DNA of 64,000 nucleotides from Promethearchaeota archaeon (GCA_008080735.1 SHMW01000011.1:23085-87084); one strand, 5' to 3'; shown: positions 50,470-60,930, counted from the stretch's first letter. Numbers and translations are program-made. Notes: a model not told the origin generated them from the sequence alone.

Positions 50470-51468
50470 ATGCATCACGTAAAAATTAATGAATTAGCTC
50501 GAGATATAGTTCACGAAATTATTAATAAGAAAGAAATCTATAAAGCTGAAGTTCATAAATTAGAGAATGGCGCAACAGTATTGGATATGAAAGATGCATC
50601 ATGGGAAGGTGGACGATTAGTTGGGGAGATCTGTATGGGGGGCTTAGGTAAGGTGAGCTTCTCAAATTGCGATATAGAAGGTCATTATTTACCAGTGGTG
50701 AACGTATACACCTCCTATCCGATAATATCTTGTATGGCTTCACAATTAGCTGGATGGAATGTTAAGCTAAAAAAAGAAGTAGAAAAAGATGGGGAGATCA
50801 AGAAAAAGAAAGTGTTCGAATCACTTGGTAGTGGTCCTGCACGTGCAAAGAGCAAAGTTGAAAAGAAATTATTCGAAGAAATTGATTATGAAGATGATTC
50901 AAATTGCGCAGTGATTGTTTTTGAAACCGCTAAATTACCAAATGAGGAAGTTATGGAGATTGTTGCCGACAAATGTGGTGTCGATGCGGGTGAAACTTAC
51001 GCGGTTTGCGCCCCGACAGCATGTTTGACGGGCTCTATCCAAGTAGCGGCAAGAATTGTGGAGACTGGAATTCACAAATTCCATGAAATAGACTTTCCAT
51101 TGGACATCATCCTTGATGGATTCGGTACAACCACCGTTGCCCCAATTGCGAAGGATGATTTTGCAGCGATGGGAAGAACTAATGATTCTTTAATTGCTGG
51201 AGGTTTCACCTACTATACCATTAAAGTCGATAAAGAAGAAGAGGAGGAAATCTTTGACCTTGTCAAAAAAGCACCCGCGAACACCTCACCCAGCTATGGA
51301 CAACCCTTTATGAAGGTATTTAAGGAAGTGGACTATAAATTCTATGATATTGATCCCGGGCTATTTGCTCCCGCAATTTATACGGTTACCAATGTGAAAA
51401 CAGGTCACAGTATTAAAGCTGGCTTTAAAAATGATGAATTACTTAAAGAATCTTATGGTTTAAGATAA
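50470..51468 (+). CDS. mch: methenyl-H4MPT cyclohydrolase
   Basis: ICMGGLG, SQLAGW, GSGPARA, APTA..GS.QV.AR.VE, MGRTND and FY.IDPGLFAPA motifs. Confidence 0.95.
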   Translation: MHHVKINELARDIVHEIINKKEIYKAEVHKLENGATVLDMKDASWEGGRLVGEICMGGLGKVSFSNCDIEGHYLPVVNVYTSYPIISCMASQLAGWNVKLKKEVEKDGEIKKKKVFESLGSGPARAKSKVEKKLFEEIDYEDDSNCAVIVFETAKLPNEEVMEIVADKCGVDAGETYAVCAPTACLTGSIQVAARIVETGIHKFHEIDFPLDIILDGFGTTTVAPIAKDDFAAMGRTNDSLIAGGFTYYTIKVDKEEEEEIFDLVKKAPANTSPSYGQPFMKVFKEVDYKFYDIDPGLFAPAIYTVTNVKTGHSIKAGFKNDELLKESYGLR

Positions 51469-51594
51469 TTTAACCCTTAAGGTATTTATTTCTTTTTATT
51501 TTATTATAGAAAGTTTGATTTTGACTTAATTATCGCTTAATTTTAATATAATTTTAACCCAAAAGCTTTTGAGATCCCATCATTATTTTTACTG

Positions 51595-52350
51595 ATGGGA
51601 AGAAAGAAAAGGAAAAAGCGTGGATTTCCAGTCGGAATTTTGGTCGATTTTGATGAGCAAATAATTCATATTTGGAAAATATTTAGCGAATCTGTAAAAA
51701 TCTATAGAACTATGCCTCTAAAAAGGAAATGGAAAAACGCTAGTGAAAAGGATTATTATCATTATTTTGAAGACTTATTAGATTTATTAAGACCTCCGAT
51801 TGAAAACGGACTGAGAAGCATTCTCCTTGTCTCTCCGAGAGATAAAGATTGGTCAGAAGCCTTTTTATCCCATATTACAAAACATCATCGTTGGTTAATT
51901 AATTCACGAGGACCAAATCAGGCTTTTTTTGGGAACATCTCTGGAAGTGCCCACAAGTTAAGTAGTATTGCTTACCTACTTGAAAAGGAAGATACAAAAA
52001 AGGTCTTAAAAGATCTTATTTCACAAGAAGGTTATTTTTTAATTAAACAATTAGAAAAAACCATTAATATAGAAAATCCCAATTACACAGTTTTATATGG
52101 ATTAAAGGAAATTGAAGAACGAGTATATGAAGGAGGTAAAAAAGATGATTCGGTATCTGAAGAAATTGATTATCTCCTCCTAACCGACCAATTTCTTGAG
52201 AATCATCCGCAGAAAAATCGAATATACAGATTAAAACAGATAGCAAAAAATAAGGGAATAAACACAAAAGTCATCCCAGAAGAAAGTACTGCTGGTGATC
52301 GTATAAGTCAATTTGGGGGAATTTTATGCTTTAAAGCAATAAAGTATTAA
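51595..52350 (+). CDS. pelota/eRF1 domain 2-3-like protein lacking the N-terminal domain
   Basis: YGLKEI, LLLTD and AGDRISQFGGI match eRF1/pelota domain 3; only 251 aa long. Confidence 0.7.
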   Translation: MGRKKRKKRGFPVGILVDFDEQIIHIWKIFSESVKIYRTMPLKRKWKNASEKDYYHYFEDLLDLLRPPIENGLRSILLVSPRDKDWSEAFLSHITKHHRWLINSRGPNQAFFGNISGSAHKLSSIAYLLEKEDTKKVLKDLISQEGYFLIKQLEKTINIENPNYTVLYGLKEIEERVYEGGKKDDSVSEEIDYLLLTDQFLENHPQKNRIYRLKQIAKNKGINTKVIPEESTAGDRISQFGGILCFKAIKY

Positions 52351-52393
52351 AATGAAATTAGAATATGAATGAATTGGTTTTTGAATATTCAAT

Positions 52394-53521
52394 TCAGATA
52401 TTAGTTAGTTCCTCTTGATATTTTATTACTTCCGCGTTCGAGATGTCTCTATCAAATTTGATTTCTTTTTGAATTCCTAGATACGCACATGCTAATTTGG
52501 CGGCCGCTGCGATTTCTGCTTTTTTCAAGGTTATCGAATATTCATCTCCGGGGTAATCTTCTCCACTAAAGGATGGCTTTTGGAATTTCTTCTCCTGGAT
52601 TTGAAAGGTTCGCTCCGATTTCATTTTGTGCAATAGTGAAGCCATCTTATCAGCAACTATGAATGCCAAATTATTCTTGGTGACTAATCGGGTGATGTTA
52701 TTTACATCAAAATAATTTAAACTTTCAAATTTTGCTCTAAGATAGCTCTTTAAATTCTCTGAATCTCGTTCACATTCAATTTCTGTCCAGTCGTGTATTG
52801 CCAATCTCCTTCTAAAGAAGATGAGCTCCCAATCAATCTCTAACTCTTTTAGAAGCTCAAGCAATTTATCATCATTCGGAATTTTCGATTCTATAATGAG
52901 GAAAAGTTGTAGCCCATAATATTTATGTTCTTGCTGGAGAAAGAACCCTCGCTGTTGCATGGAAGCGAGAATTTTAAGCTTTATAGAATATATATTATCG
53001 GATAGGTTCTTCTTCCCGCAGTTGAGATATATTACATTTCCCTCTTCATTAATATAATTACAATCAAGGAAACCTAAGATGCTCTCTTGATTTTCTTCAA
53101 TAAAACTCATTAGTCCCGTGAGCGTAGGCTTAACATCAAACTTAATCAGATCTGTCTCATCAATTGTTACATAATCTGTTTTACTTCCGCCAATCGATAA
53201 CTTTATGGTATTCAATTGAAGATCTTTTGATTCTCCAAATACCTCTTTTATAGCGTCATTAATTGGAAAAATTTCCTCTTCTAAGATTTTTATGTCTGCC
53301 ATAGAACTCTCATAAGGATCTGGATCGTTTAGCATTTTGTTTAAAACAGGGGCTTCAGAGGCGTCAACCTCAATATCATAATCCTTTGCTAGATCTCTGC
53401 GGACGATACAATAAGAGCGATTCTTTTTATTATACATTGAGAGCGATGTATTTGCATCAATAACTGCCCTAAATTTCTCGTCCTTTTTGCTATCTCGTTC
53501 GGAACGGGTTCGTCTCCTCAT
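52394..53521 (-). CDS. hypothetical protein
   Basis: 375-aa ORF with no competing ORF; no motif recognised. Confidence 0.75.
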   Translation of the reverse strand: MRRRTRSERDSKKDEKFRAVIDANTSLSMYNKKNRSYCIVRRDLAKDYDIEVDASEAPVLNKMLNDPDPYESSMADIKILEEEIFPINDAIKEVFGESKDLQLNTIKLSIGGSKTDYVTIDETDLIKFDVKPTLTGLMSFIEENQESILGFLDCNYINEEGNVIYLNCGKKNLSDNIYSIKLKILASMQQRGFFLQQEHKYYGLQLFLIIESKIPNDDKLLELLKELEIDWELIFFRRRLAIHDWTEIECERDSENLKSYLRAKFESLNYFDVNNITRLVTKNNLAFIVADKMASLLHKMKSERTFQIQEKKFQKPSFSGEDYPGDEYSITLKKAEIAAAAKLACAYLGIQKEIKFDRDISNAEVIKYQEELTNI

Positions 53522-53675
53522 CTATTTTATTCTCATTAATTTAATTTTTTATTCTCTATATTAAATAAAATACTATGATTTTATATTCTTATCTGAAATA
53601 AAACATACAAAAAATTGTCATTCTGTTATATTAATTATTAGTGAGTTTAGGATTTCTTATTTATAAAATAAGATA

Positions 53676-53855
53676 TTATTCTAATTCATCTTCCAAAAAA
53701 TAATGCCCATCTTTTTTAATATAGGTCGTTTCACTTCCGAAATTATTAATTACTCGATATTTGTTGTTGTTTTCTTCCACAACTTCAATCGAATATGGTA
53801 AACGTCTCTCTCTCACAATTTCCTTGGCGATCATATGCTTTTCTTCTGGATCCAT
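53676..53855 (-). CDS. small hypothetical protein
   Basis: MDPEEKHM... 59 aa with protein-like composition; start chosen at ATG 53855. Confidence 0.6.
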   Translation of the reverse strand: MDPEEKHMIAKEIVRERRLPYSIEVVEENNNKYRVINNFGSETTYIKKDGHYFLEDELE

Positions 53856-54138
53856 ATTTATCAAAATCTTTATTTCAAAAAAAATTTTATCCCTCATACT
53901 GATTTTTGTATTATTTAAGTTATGAATATATTATGATTTGATAAAAATTAGCTATAAAAATCAAAAAAATACCAAAATAACGTAAGAATAAATTATGGGT
54001 ATTTCCTCGATAGATTTCCGAGGAGATTTTTAGAATTATTAATTTTCAACTCTTTTTTTAATAAGATGCGAAACTATTTAATCAAATGGATGATTAAATA
54101 AAATTAGGTCTTATAAAAAACCTTGTGGGATTCTTATT

Positions 54139-55386
54139 ATGGTAAGAGATAGGCTGCAAATAGGTATGTTTAGCGCTATGTATAGCCAATTGAACGGATC
54201 TGCACATGCTGTAAGGTTCTTAAGTGAAGCGTTAGCAGAGCTTGGACATGATGTTCATATATTCGCACCACGAATAGAAAACGAAGAAGATAAACCTGAT
54301 CACATATATTATCATGACTTAGGGGGCGCCCGTGTGGCAAAGAAAACTGGATTTGTACTCAGTGTACCCTTACATAAAATATTCAATTGTGACTATAGCG
54401 ATTTAGACATTGCCCATATACAAACCCACGCTTCTATTGGCGCATTAGGCATTAATTGGTCTAAAATGCTAGGCTTACCGATGGTTGGATCCCATCATAG
54501 TCCAATGACATTTTATGCAGCCCAATACGTACCGCTAATTGGTAGAATTTTATCTAAAAATGATCTTATTTGGAGGTATGAACGTTTAATTATGGAAAAG
54601 TATGACCTCTGTCATGTTCCCACAAAAACGAAGAAAGAACTTCTTATGAATTATCGTTTTAAAGAACCCATTGTCGCACTTAGTAATGGAATAAGGGATT
54701 TTTATTTTAAAGAAATGAAGGAAAATGGGATTCGGGAAAAGTATGGGATTGATGGGAAAAAAGTCCTACTCTACGCATCTCGTTTATCACCAGAAAAGCA
54801 TCCAATTCAAATTATTAAAACTTTTTCAAAAATCCATAAACGCGTTCCAGATTCACATCTGCTTCTTGTAGGAAGCGAGGGGCCATCCACGGAAAAAGTT
54901 CAAAAAATTGTACAAAAAAGAAAATATCGAGATTACGTGTCTTATGCTGGTAGGGTACCTTTCAACGACCTTTTAAGATTATATAACGCTGCAGATGTTA
55001 CGTGCTTATGGTCTTGGGTTGAGGCTGAAGGATTAGTGCTTTTAGAAGCAATGGCACAAGGCACTCCAAATGTCGGGACAAATGGCAGTGGGATTGCAAA
55101 TGTGATAAGACATGGAAAAACGGGCTATTTGGCGAATAATTTAAAAGAATTTGAAGATTACGTAGTAAAATTACTCGATGAAGATGATCTTAGAGCTCAA
55201 ATGGGAAAGAACGCAAGAGAAGTAGCAGAAGAATATAGAATTAAAAAAGTAGCTCAGAATTGGGTAAAATTATACAACTTTACGAAAAACGAACTATTTC
55301 CATTACGATATTACAGAAAAGAACGAAGGAAGCGAGTAGAACTAACAAAGAATTTTATAAAAGATCTTCCTAATGTCTATTTCTAA
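54139..55386 (+). CDS. GT4 family glycosyltransferase
   Basis: NG, SRLSPEK and EAEGLVLLEAMAQGTP motifs. Confidence 0.92.
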   Translation: MVRDRLQIGMFSAMYSQLNGSAHAVRFLSEALAELGHDVHIFAPRIENEEDKPDHIYYHDLGGARVAKKTGFVLSVPLHKIFNCDYSDLDIAHIQTHASIGALGINWSKMLGLPMVGSHHSPMTFYAAQYVPLIGRILSKNDLIWRYERLIMEKYDLCHVPTKTKKELLMNYRFKEPIVALSNGIRDFYFKEMKENGIREKYGIDGKKVLLYASRLSPEKHPIQIIKTFSKIHKRVPDSHLLLVGSEGPSTEKVQKIVQKRKYRDYVSYAGRVPFNDLLRLYNAADVTCLWSWVEAEGLVLLEAMAQGTPNVGTNGSGIANVIRHGKTGYLANNLKEFEDYVVKLLDEDDLRAQMGKNAREVAEEYRIKKVAQNWVKLYNFTKNELFPLRYYRKERRKRVELTKNFIKDLPNVYF

Positions 55387-56174
55387 AAATTATATTTTTG
55401 CTTCACTATACGTAATCTAATTCGGCATTTATTACATAATAACGTAGATTTATTGTCTATCTTTTCAATTGTATCAGAATAACTCATCACACATAATTGG
55501 GTATCGCAATGCTCTGTTCCCAAGATCAAATGTCCGATCTCATGAATTATTTCTTTATTTAATCGTTCTTCAAATAATTTCTCATTACTGGCTCGGGCAT
55601 AAAAGGTTTCTCTCAATTTAAGCGTTGAAACAATACAAGATTGATGAGGAACATGGGCTTCTCCAATCAAGAAGATGATATTATTGTCGCTTGATGAATA
55701 AAGAGGTAAATCTGTAATTGCGATTATTTGATCTAAGTTATATTGCTCTTTTTTACTTATAATTAATTGATGAAATTTATTAGTTGGATGTAAACTTAGA
55801 AGTTCTGAGGATTCTTCGATATCTTTTAATTCTTTCATAATACCCTTCGAAAACACTTCAGTAGAAAAATCATAGGATCCGAGATGATGTATATGAAAAA
55901 AGAAGGAGGGAAAAATCTTCTCTAAATTCTCTAGGATACTCTGAAATAATATGGTGTCATTATCAAATTCTCCTATAAAAATAACCCCTAAATGGCTCGG
56001 AAACGAGATGGGAGTCGAATTTTTATCTAATCTGAACTCTTCTGTGGAAGATATGCCAATTTTATAGATAAAATGCTTAAAATCACTTAATTTCTTCTTT
56101 AGTTTTGATTTCTGACGGGAGAGTTTTTTTTGATATCTTCGAATTTTTCTTTGATATTTTCGGTAACGACTCAT
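55383..56174 (-). CDS. archaemetzincin-like Zn metalloprotease
   Basis: KEIIHEIGHLILGTEHC..CVMS..D.K...C..C motif. Confidence 0.88.
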   Translation of the reverse strand: MSRYRKYQRKIRRYQKKLSRQKSKLKKKLSDFKHFIYKIGISSTEEFRLDKNSTPISFPSHLGVIFIGEFDNDTILFQSILENLEKIFPSFFFHIHHLGSYDFSTEVFSKGIMKELKDIEESSELLSLHPTNKFHQLIISKKEQYNLDQIIAITDLPLYSSSDNNIIFLIGEAHVPHQSCIVSTLKLRETFYARASNEKLFEERLNKEIIHEIGHLILGTEHCDTQLCVMSYSDTIEKIDNKSTLLCNKCRIRLRIVKQKYNF

Positions 56175-56326
56175 AGAGACATCTTTGAATTAAGCCAAAT
56201 TTCTATTCTAATAAAAACAGTTTCGATATTTAGATTTAATGGTTTATAAAACTTTAATTTATTAAATAGATTTCTTTGATTAAGTTAAAGTGAAATATAT
56301 CTAATCATATTGTATTCTTATTTATT

Positions 56327-57373
56327 ATGTCAGAAGATGAACACGATGAGAATTCCATAGAATCCTACCCAGAAGAAGAGCGTGCTTCTCAAGAAGACTC
56401 AGAAGAAAAAGAAATTATTGAAAAAGATACAATACCCCATTTTTTTCCAACCTATAGAATCAATAGAAAGTTATATCCCATTCCCATAATCCTTGCGGTG
56501 GTATTTGCGGGAATCCTCGCATACTTTTCAGTTATTGCAGGGGTTAAGATTGAAGGAGGATATTTCTCAGAAGCGGAAGGCGGTGCTGCCGCTGGACTCT
56601 TGAATGGAATTATCTTTACTGCGATGGCTGTTGGCTCTGCATTTGTAATGATTTATTTTGTTAAGAAAAAAGGGATAGGAATTTTAAAATATGTATTTGG
56701 GTTTAGTATAGGATTTATAACCTTTTTCCAAACCTGGTTTTTTGCCGAAATTATTATGGTGGTCATCTTTAATCTGTTTCCATACACCGAAAATTTGCAA
56801 TTAATCTATAACATCGCGGATTACGCCATATTAGTTCCATCAATTGCCATTTTAAGCATTTATCTTTTGTATAAATATTTTACAACAGAAAATGTCAGAG
56901 TAAAAAACTTCATCATTTTATATGTAAGCTTTTTAACTGGGGCCATTTTAGGAGTTATAATGCCGCTCTGGACGACCTTGACCATACTCATTGGAATATC
57001 CTTATGGGATCTATTTGCAGTTCTCTATAAAAAGGGTCCGATTAAACAAATGATTGATCTTGCTTCAAATGAGCAGCAGCTGGATGAGGATATCAAACAA
57101 AAGCTTGAAAGCGGGGAAGTAGAATATGATACTTCTAAACTAGAGATAGGGATTGGCGATTTAGCATTCTATAGTATGCTAACTTCTGTTGCTCTAATCA
57201 TAACGGGTAATCTAATCATAATGGTCTTGGTGGCAATTGCAATTATCATTGGTACGGGTATCACCATACAAGGTCTTAAAAGAAATAAGATTCTGCCCGG
57301 TTTACCGATCTCCATATTCTTAGGAATCGCGACCATGCTCATTTCATGGGGGATCGCGACTTTTCTTGTCTAA
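56327..57373 (+). CDS. presenilin-like GxGD intramembrane aspartyl protease
   Basis: TM6 SLWDLFAVL, TM7 GIGD and PAL-like PGLP motifs; about nine TMs. Confidence 0.9.
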   Translation: MSEDEHDENSIESYPEEERASQEDSEEKEIIEKDTIPHFFPTYRINRKLYPIPIILAVVFAGILAYFSVIAGVKIEGGYFSEAEGGAAAGLLNGIIFTAMAVGSAFVMIYFVKKKGIGILKYVFGFSIGFITFFQTWFFAEIIMVVIFNLFPYTENLQLIYNIADYAILVPSIAILSIYLLYKYFTTENVRVKNFIILYVSFLTGAILGVIMPLWTTLTILIGISLWDLFAVLYKKGPIKQMIDLASNEQQLDEDIKQKLESGEVEYDTSKLEIGIGDLAFYSMLTSVALIITGNLIIMVLVAIAIIIGTGITIQGLKRNKILPGLPISIFLGIATMLISWGIATFLV

Positions 57374-57459
57374 AAACTTATTCTCTCCTAAGCACTGGAA
57401 ATATTTATATGGTTTTGATAATAGAATCTAAATTAAGTATTTAGAAAGGGAGCTCTTAT

Positions 57460-58653
57460 ATGAACCACAATTTACCTATCGAATATGTAGCAATAGTTGG
57501 TGTGGGAACGATGGGGCAAGAAATTGCTCAAGTGACCTTAATGGGAGGATATCACGTAACACTCTACGATATTAGTGAAGAGAGTTTGGCAAAAGCCGAA
57601 TCCTTTATTTTTCAAAATCTCACAAAACTCGAAGAAAAAGGAAAACTGCATGCTGAGACATCTGTTCGAGATCTGCTCGCGAACGTAAAGAAAGAAACAA
57701 GTCTTGAAGACGCTGTAAAGCAGGCGGATATGGTAATTGAAGCCATACCCGAAATAATGGAATTAAAGCAAAACCTTTTTCGAAAACTAGGAGATTTAAC
57801 CTCAGAGCATACCATCCTTGCTTCAAACACTTCAAATATGAAAATAACCGAAATAGCACAGAAATCCAACAAAGCAGATAAAATTGTTGGCATTCATTTT
57901 TTTACTCCAATTGTGATTTTACCCGCAATTGAGGTGATAAAGGGAGAGCATACCTCAGTAAAAACCATGGAAATCGCAAAAAAGTTTGCGGAGAGCCTCC
58001 CATGTCTTAGAGGCAAAAGGAAAATTATTTTAATCGAAAAAGAAACTCCTGGGTTTATAGTTAACCGTCTTACTGGAGTTAGCTTGGCTTATGTTATGTG
58101 GTTAGTGGAACAAGCTCTCGAAGATAATATTCCCTATGAACAGATTGATGCTGATGCAATTGCAATGCAAGGAGGGGGTCTCGGTCCATTAGCGAAATTA
58201 GACGTATTAGGACTCGATGTGATTATCCACAGTTTTAACTATTACGCTGGAACTCTTTCGAAGGAACTGACTGCCCCTGATTTTCTAAAAGATTTGGTAA
58301 ATAGTGGAAAGCTAGGCAAAAAAACTGGAGAGGGTTTTTATGAATGGACGGAAGATGGCCGACCAGACGCAGATTTTTCACAAAAAGCTGATATGTTTAA
58401 TCCAGAACTCTATATGGCAATCCAACTAAATGAAGGATGTCGGCTGTTAGAAGAGAGTGTAGCTCAAGGATATAAAGAAGTGGATGACGCTATTGTGGCA
58501 GCAATGAATATGCCAGGACCGTTCAGCGCGGGAAAACGAAATTATAAAAAATGGGTTCAAATGTTAGAAGAATTCGCAGAAAAATCGGAGATGTCGTATT
58601 TTCGACCGTGCGAGTTGCTTAAATCGGGAAAATTTCTTGAAATGAAAAAATAA
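57460..58653 (+). CDS. 3-hydroxyacyl-CoA dehydrogenase
   Basis: GVGTMG, IEAIPE, ASNTS, GIHFF.P, PGFIVNR and LGKKTGEGFY motifs; duplicated C-terminal domain. Confidence 0.93.
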   Translation: MNHNLPIEYVAIVGVGTMGQEIAQVTLMGGYHVTLYDISEESLAKAESFIFQNLTKLEEKGKLHAETSVRDLLANVKKETSLEDAVKQADMVIEAIPEIMELKQNLFRKLGDLTSEHTILASNTSNMKITEIAQKSNKADKIVGIHFFTPIVILPAIEVIKGEHTSVKTMEIAKKFAESLPCLRGKRKIILIEKETPGFIVNRLTGVSLAYVMWLVEQALEDNIPYEQIDADAIAMQGGGLGPLAKLDVLGLDVIIHSFNYYAGTLSKELTAPDFLKDLVNSGKLGKKTGEGFYEWTEDGRPDADFSQKADMFNPELYMAIQLNEGCRLLEESVAQGYKEVDDAIVAAMNMPGPFSAGKRNYKKWVQMLEEFAEKSEMSYFRPCELLKSGKFLEMKK

Positions 58654-58764
58654 TTACAAATTCTCAAATTTTCTTGTTATTATAAACTGAGTTTAAATAT
58701 TACAGATTATTTATTTTATATGTATTGATTCTTTCCAATAGTTTTTATTTGAAGGTGGTTAATT

Positions 58765-59049
58765 ATTTCCTCTCAAAATAAACATAATTCACTTACACCA
58801 GGAGCCCAAAAAATTATCACTTTTCTCAACGAAGAGTTAGGAATCAATAAACCTGTTGATATCCATGAAATCGTAGACCAAACTGAGTTATCGTGGACTT
58901 ATGTAAAAAAGATCTTGGAACAGTTTAAAGAAGAAGATTATGTCGGTTTTCATTTTGAAAAATTGGGCAATAGTTGGATCATCTGGAAAGATAGAGAGCA
59001 CGTGCTCAAGCAACCACGAAATACTTGTGGCAGATTTTTAGATGAGTAA
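58765..59049 (+). CDS. winged helix-turn-helix-like protein (absent from the ORF track; probable ATT start)
   Basis: Open frame 58753-59049: SSQNKHNSLTPGAQKIITFLNEE...IHEIVDQTELSWTYVKKILEQF...FEKLGNSWIIW. No ATG in frame; SD-like GAAGGTGG 6 nt before ATT 58765. Confidence 0.7.
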   Translation: MSSQNKHNSLTPGAQKIITFLNEELGINKPVDIHEIVDQTELSWTYVKKILEQFKEEDYVGFHFEKLGNSWIIWKDREHVLKQPRNTCGRFLDE

Positions 59050-59111
59050 TAAGATTTTTATTTCTGACCATAAGATAAAAAAAAAGAAAGCTACTTGTAC
59101 ATGAAAGATTG

Positions 59112-59375
59112 TTATGTTATTTCTTCTTTTAATTCCTCAAGGATCTTCATTATATTCCGGAGTTTAATAAAATGTGTTGATCCTAATACTATTAGGATTA
59201 CTGATGCTCCAATGAATACGCCTCCCATTATTCCGAGACTCAAATTATTGAGATTTATTATATTATTATAATACAAGATACCAATAATAAACCATATTAT
59301 ACCTAATAATATCTCTCCTACCGCACTCTTTCTCAAATTAGATAATTTTTTCTCTAATTCTTCAACTAGTTTCAT
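59112..59375 (-). CDS. small two-TM membrane protein
   Basis: Two hydrophobic helices flanked by charged ends. Confidence 0.65.
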   Translation of the reverse strand: MKLVEELEKKLSNLRKSAVGEILLGIIWFIIGILYYNNIINLNNLSLGIMGGVFIGASVILIVLGSTHFIKLRNIMKILEELKEEIT

Positions 59376-59635
59376 AAAATAATTTCTTACTGTTAGAAAT
59401 AAAATATATTATAATAAATCTCTATATGTGGATATTTAAATAAGTTTCTGAATTTACGTTTCTTTGGTTGGTTTCAATATTAATTCGTGGAATAATTCCA
59501 TATATATTTTAAACGAAAAGAAATAATAAAATAAGAAAAATGAAAAAATTAAAAAAAGAATACCACCGAAATACTTACCAATATTTCTTGATACTACAAA
59601 AGAATCAAAAATTTCATATTTGGAAAAAATATTTT

Positions 59636-60556
59636 TTATAGATTCTTTTCTACATCTTTTACACGACTCCTAAGCGTAACTTCGGTGATGCCTGCGATTT
59701 CGGAAATTTCTGCTTGCGTTTTGCGGTCGTCTGTAGGTTTTGCGGCCATGTAAAGTACAGAAGCAGCAAATCCTTTAGGATCTTTCCCTATTCGATTCAT
59801 GCCTCCTCTGGTCGATTTCTGAAGCAGAGTCAATGCCTCCTTCTGGGTATTCAACGATATACCCAAATCGTTCCCAAATCTGAAGACTAATTGTTCCGCG
59901 GTGACTGGTCTGTATTTGAGATTCAAATCAGGTAAGATTTCCTTGATAATCATTCCTAAGGAACGAATAATCGTGTGCCGAGAGGTCATGGAAGCATCAG
60001 ATACTTCCTCAAGCAATCGCGGAAATTCGTGTACTCGGATAGCCGCATATAATGCTGCGCCAATGAATCCATCAATTGATCGCCCCATAGTAAGCTTTCG
60101 CTTTGCTACTTCGGCATAAATTCTCCATGCGGTTTCTTCAATATATTCAGGAATATTTAATTTGGACACAAGCATCTTTAACTTTGGTTTCGCTTCCCAG
60201 AAATTTCGCTCGATGCTTGAGACTAATGATTGTTGAATTTTAGATAAACGTGAAAATAATGTTTTTTCCTTTGCACCCATTCGGTTTCCCTTCGAATCAA
60301 CTTTATCATTTGGTAAGATTGTTCGCGGTCCGAATCCTCGCCATCGAGGCTCTGTTCGTCGTCGCTTCTCTACTTCTTCTGCAGTATATGCGCGTCGTTC
60401 ATTTCCTACAATGTCTCGACCTGAGACCATCCCACAATTTATGCATACAGCATTTCCGTCTCGAGATTCGATACAAGGATTTTCACAGCAATTAACCTCA
60501 CTATGATCTTCTTCACACCGGTCTCTTTTGAGTCGTTTTCTATAGTCCATAGACAT
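59636..60556 (-). CDS. tfb: transcription initiation factor IIB (TFB) family protein
   Basis: Zn ribbon CC..VCINCG, ERN, GRS..AALY.A.R, GKDPKG.AA and TQ.EI...AGITEVTLR motifs. Confidence 0.92.
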   Translation of the reverse strand: MSMDYRKRLKRDRCEEDHSEVNCCENPCIESRDGNAVCINCGMVSGRDIVGNERRAYTAEEVEKRRRTEPRWRGFGPRTILPNDKVDSKGNRMGAKEKTLFSRLSKIQQSLVSSIERNFWEAKPKLKMLVSKLNIPEYIEETAWRIYAEVAKRKLTMGRSIDGFIGAALYAAIRVHEFPRLLEEVSDASMTSRHTIIRSLGMIIKEILPDLNLKYRPVTAEQLVFRFGNDLGISLNTQKEALTLLQKSTRGGMNRIGKDPKGFAASVLYMAAKPTDDRKTQAEISEIAGITEVTLRSRVKDVEKNL

Positions 60557-60912
60557 ATTATTCTACCAATTTTTCTTGTTATTTTTAATATATATCAAAC
60601 ATATCTTTTAAACCATTTGAAAGAGATGAGGGAATCTCAAAAAATTACCAATTTTTTAAAACCCCGAATCCCTCAAATTTGTCATGTTCGCATGGTATAT
60701 TTCATCATATACCAGTTAAACTCAATATATTATTGAACATGATCGTATTTATTTCTTACGCTTTTGGAATATAAAAGGTTTACGCTTTTCAAAAAAATAG
60801 GGGGAACACTTTCCCACGATTTCATCAAGATAATCATAGCTTAATTCTTGTACGTTTTTTTCCAATTTGGTGATATTTTTAATAAATGAAATTTATTCAA
60901 ATAAGTTTTCAT

Positions 60913-60930
60913 AGTGTGATTTTTCACACT
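60913..60930. promoter_or_regulatory. palindromic candidate operator AGTGTGA-N4-TCACACT
   Basis: Perfect 7-bp inverted repeat in the divergent tfb/frhB-like intergenic region, just upstream of a TATA-like TTTATTTAA. Confidence 0.5.
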
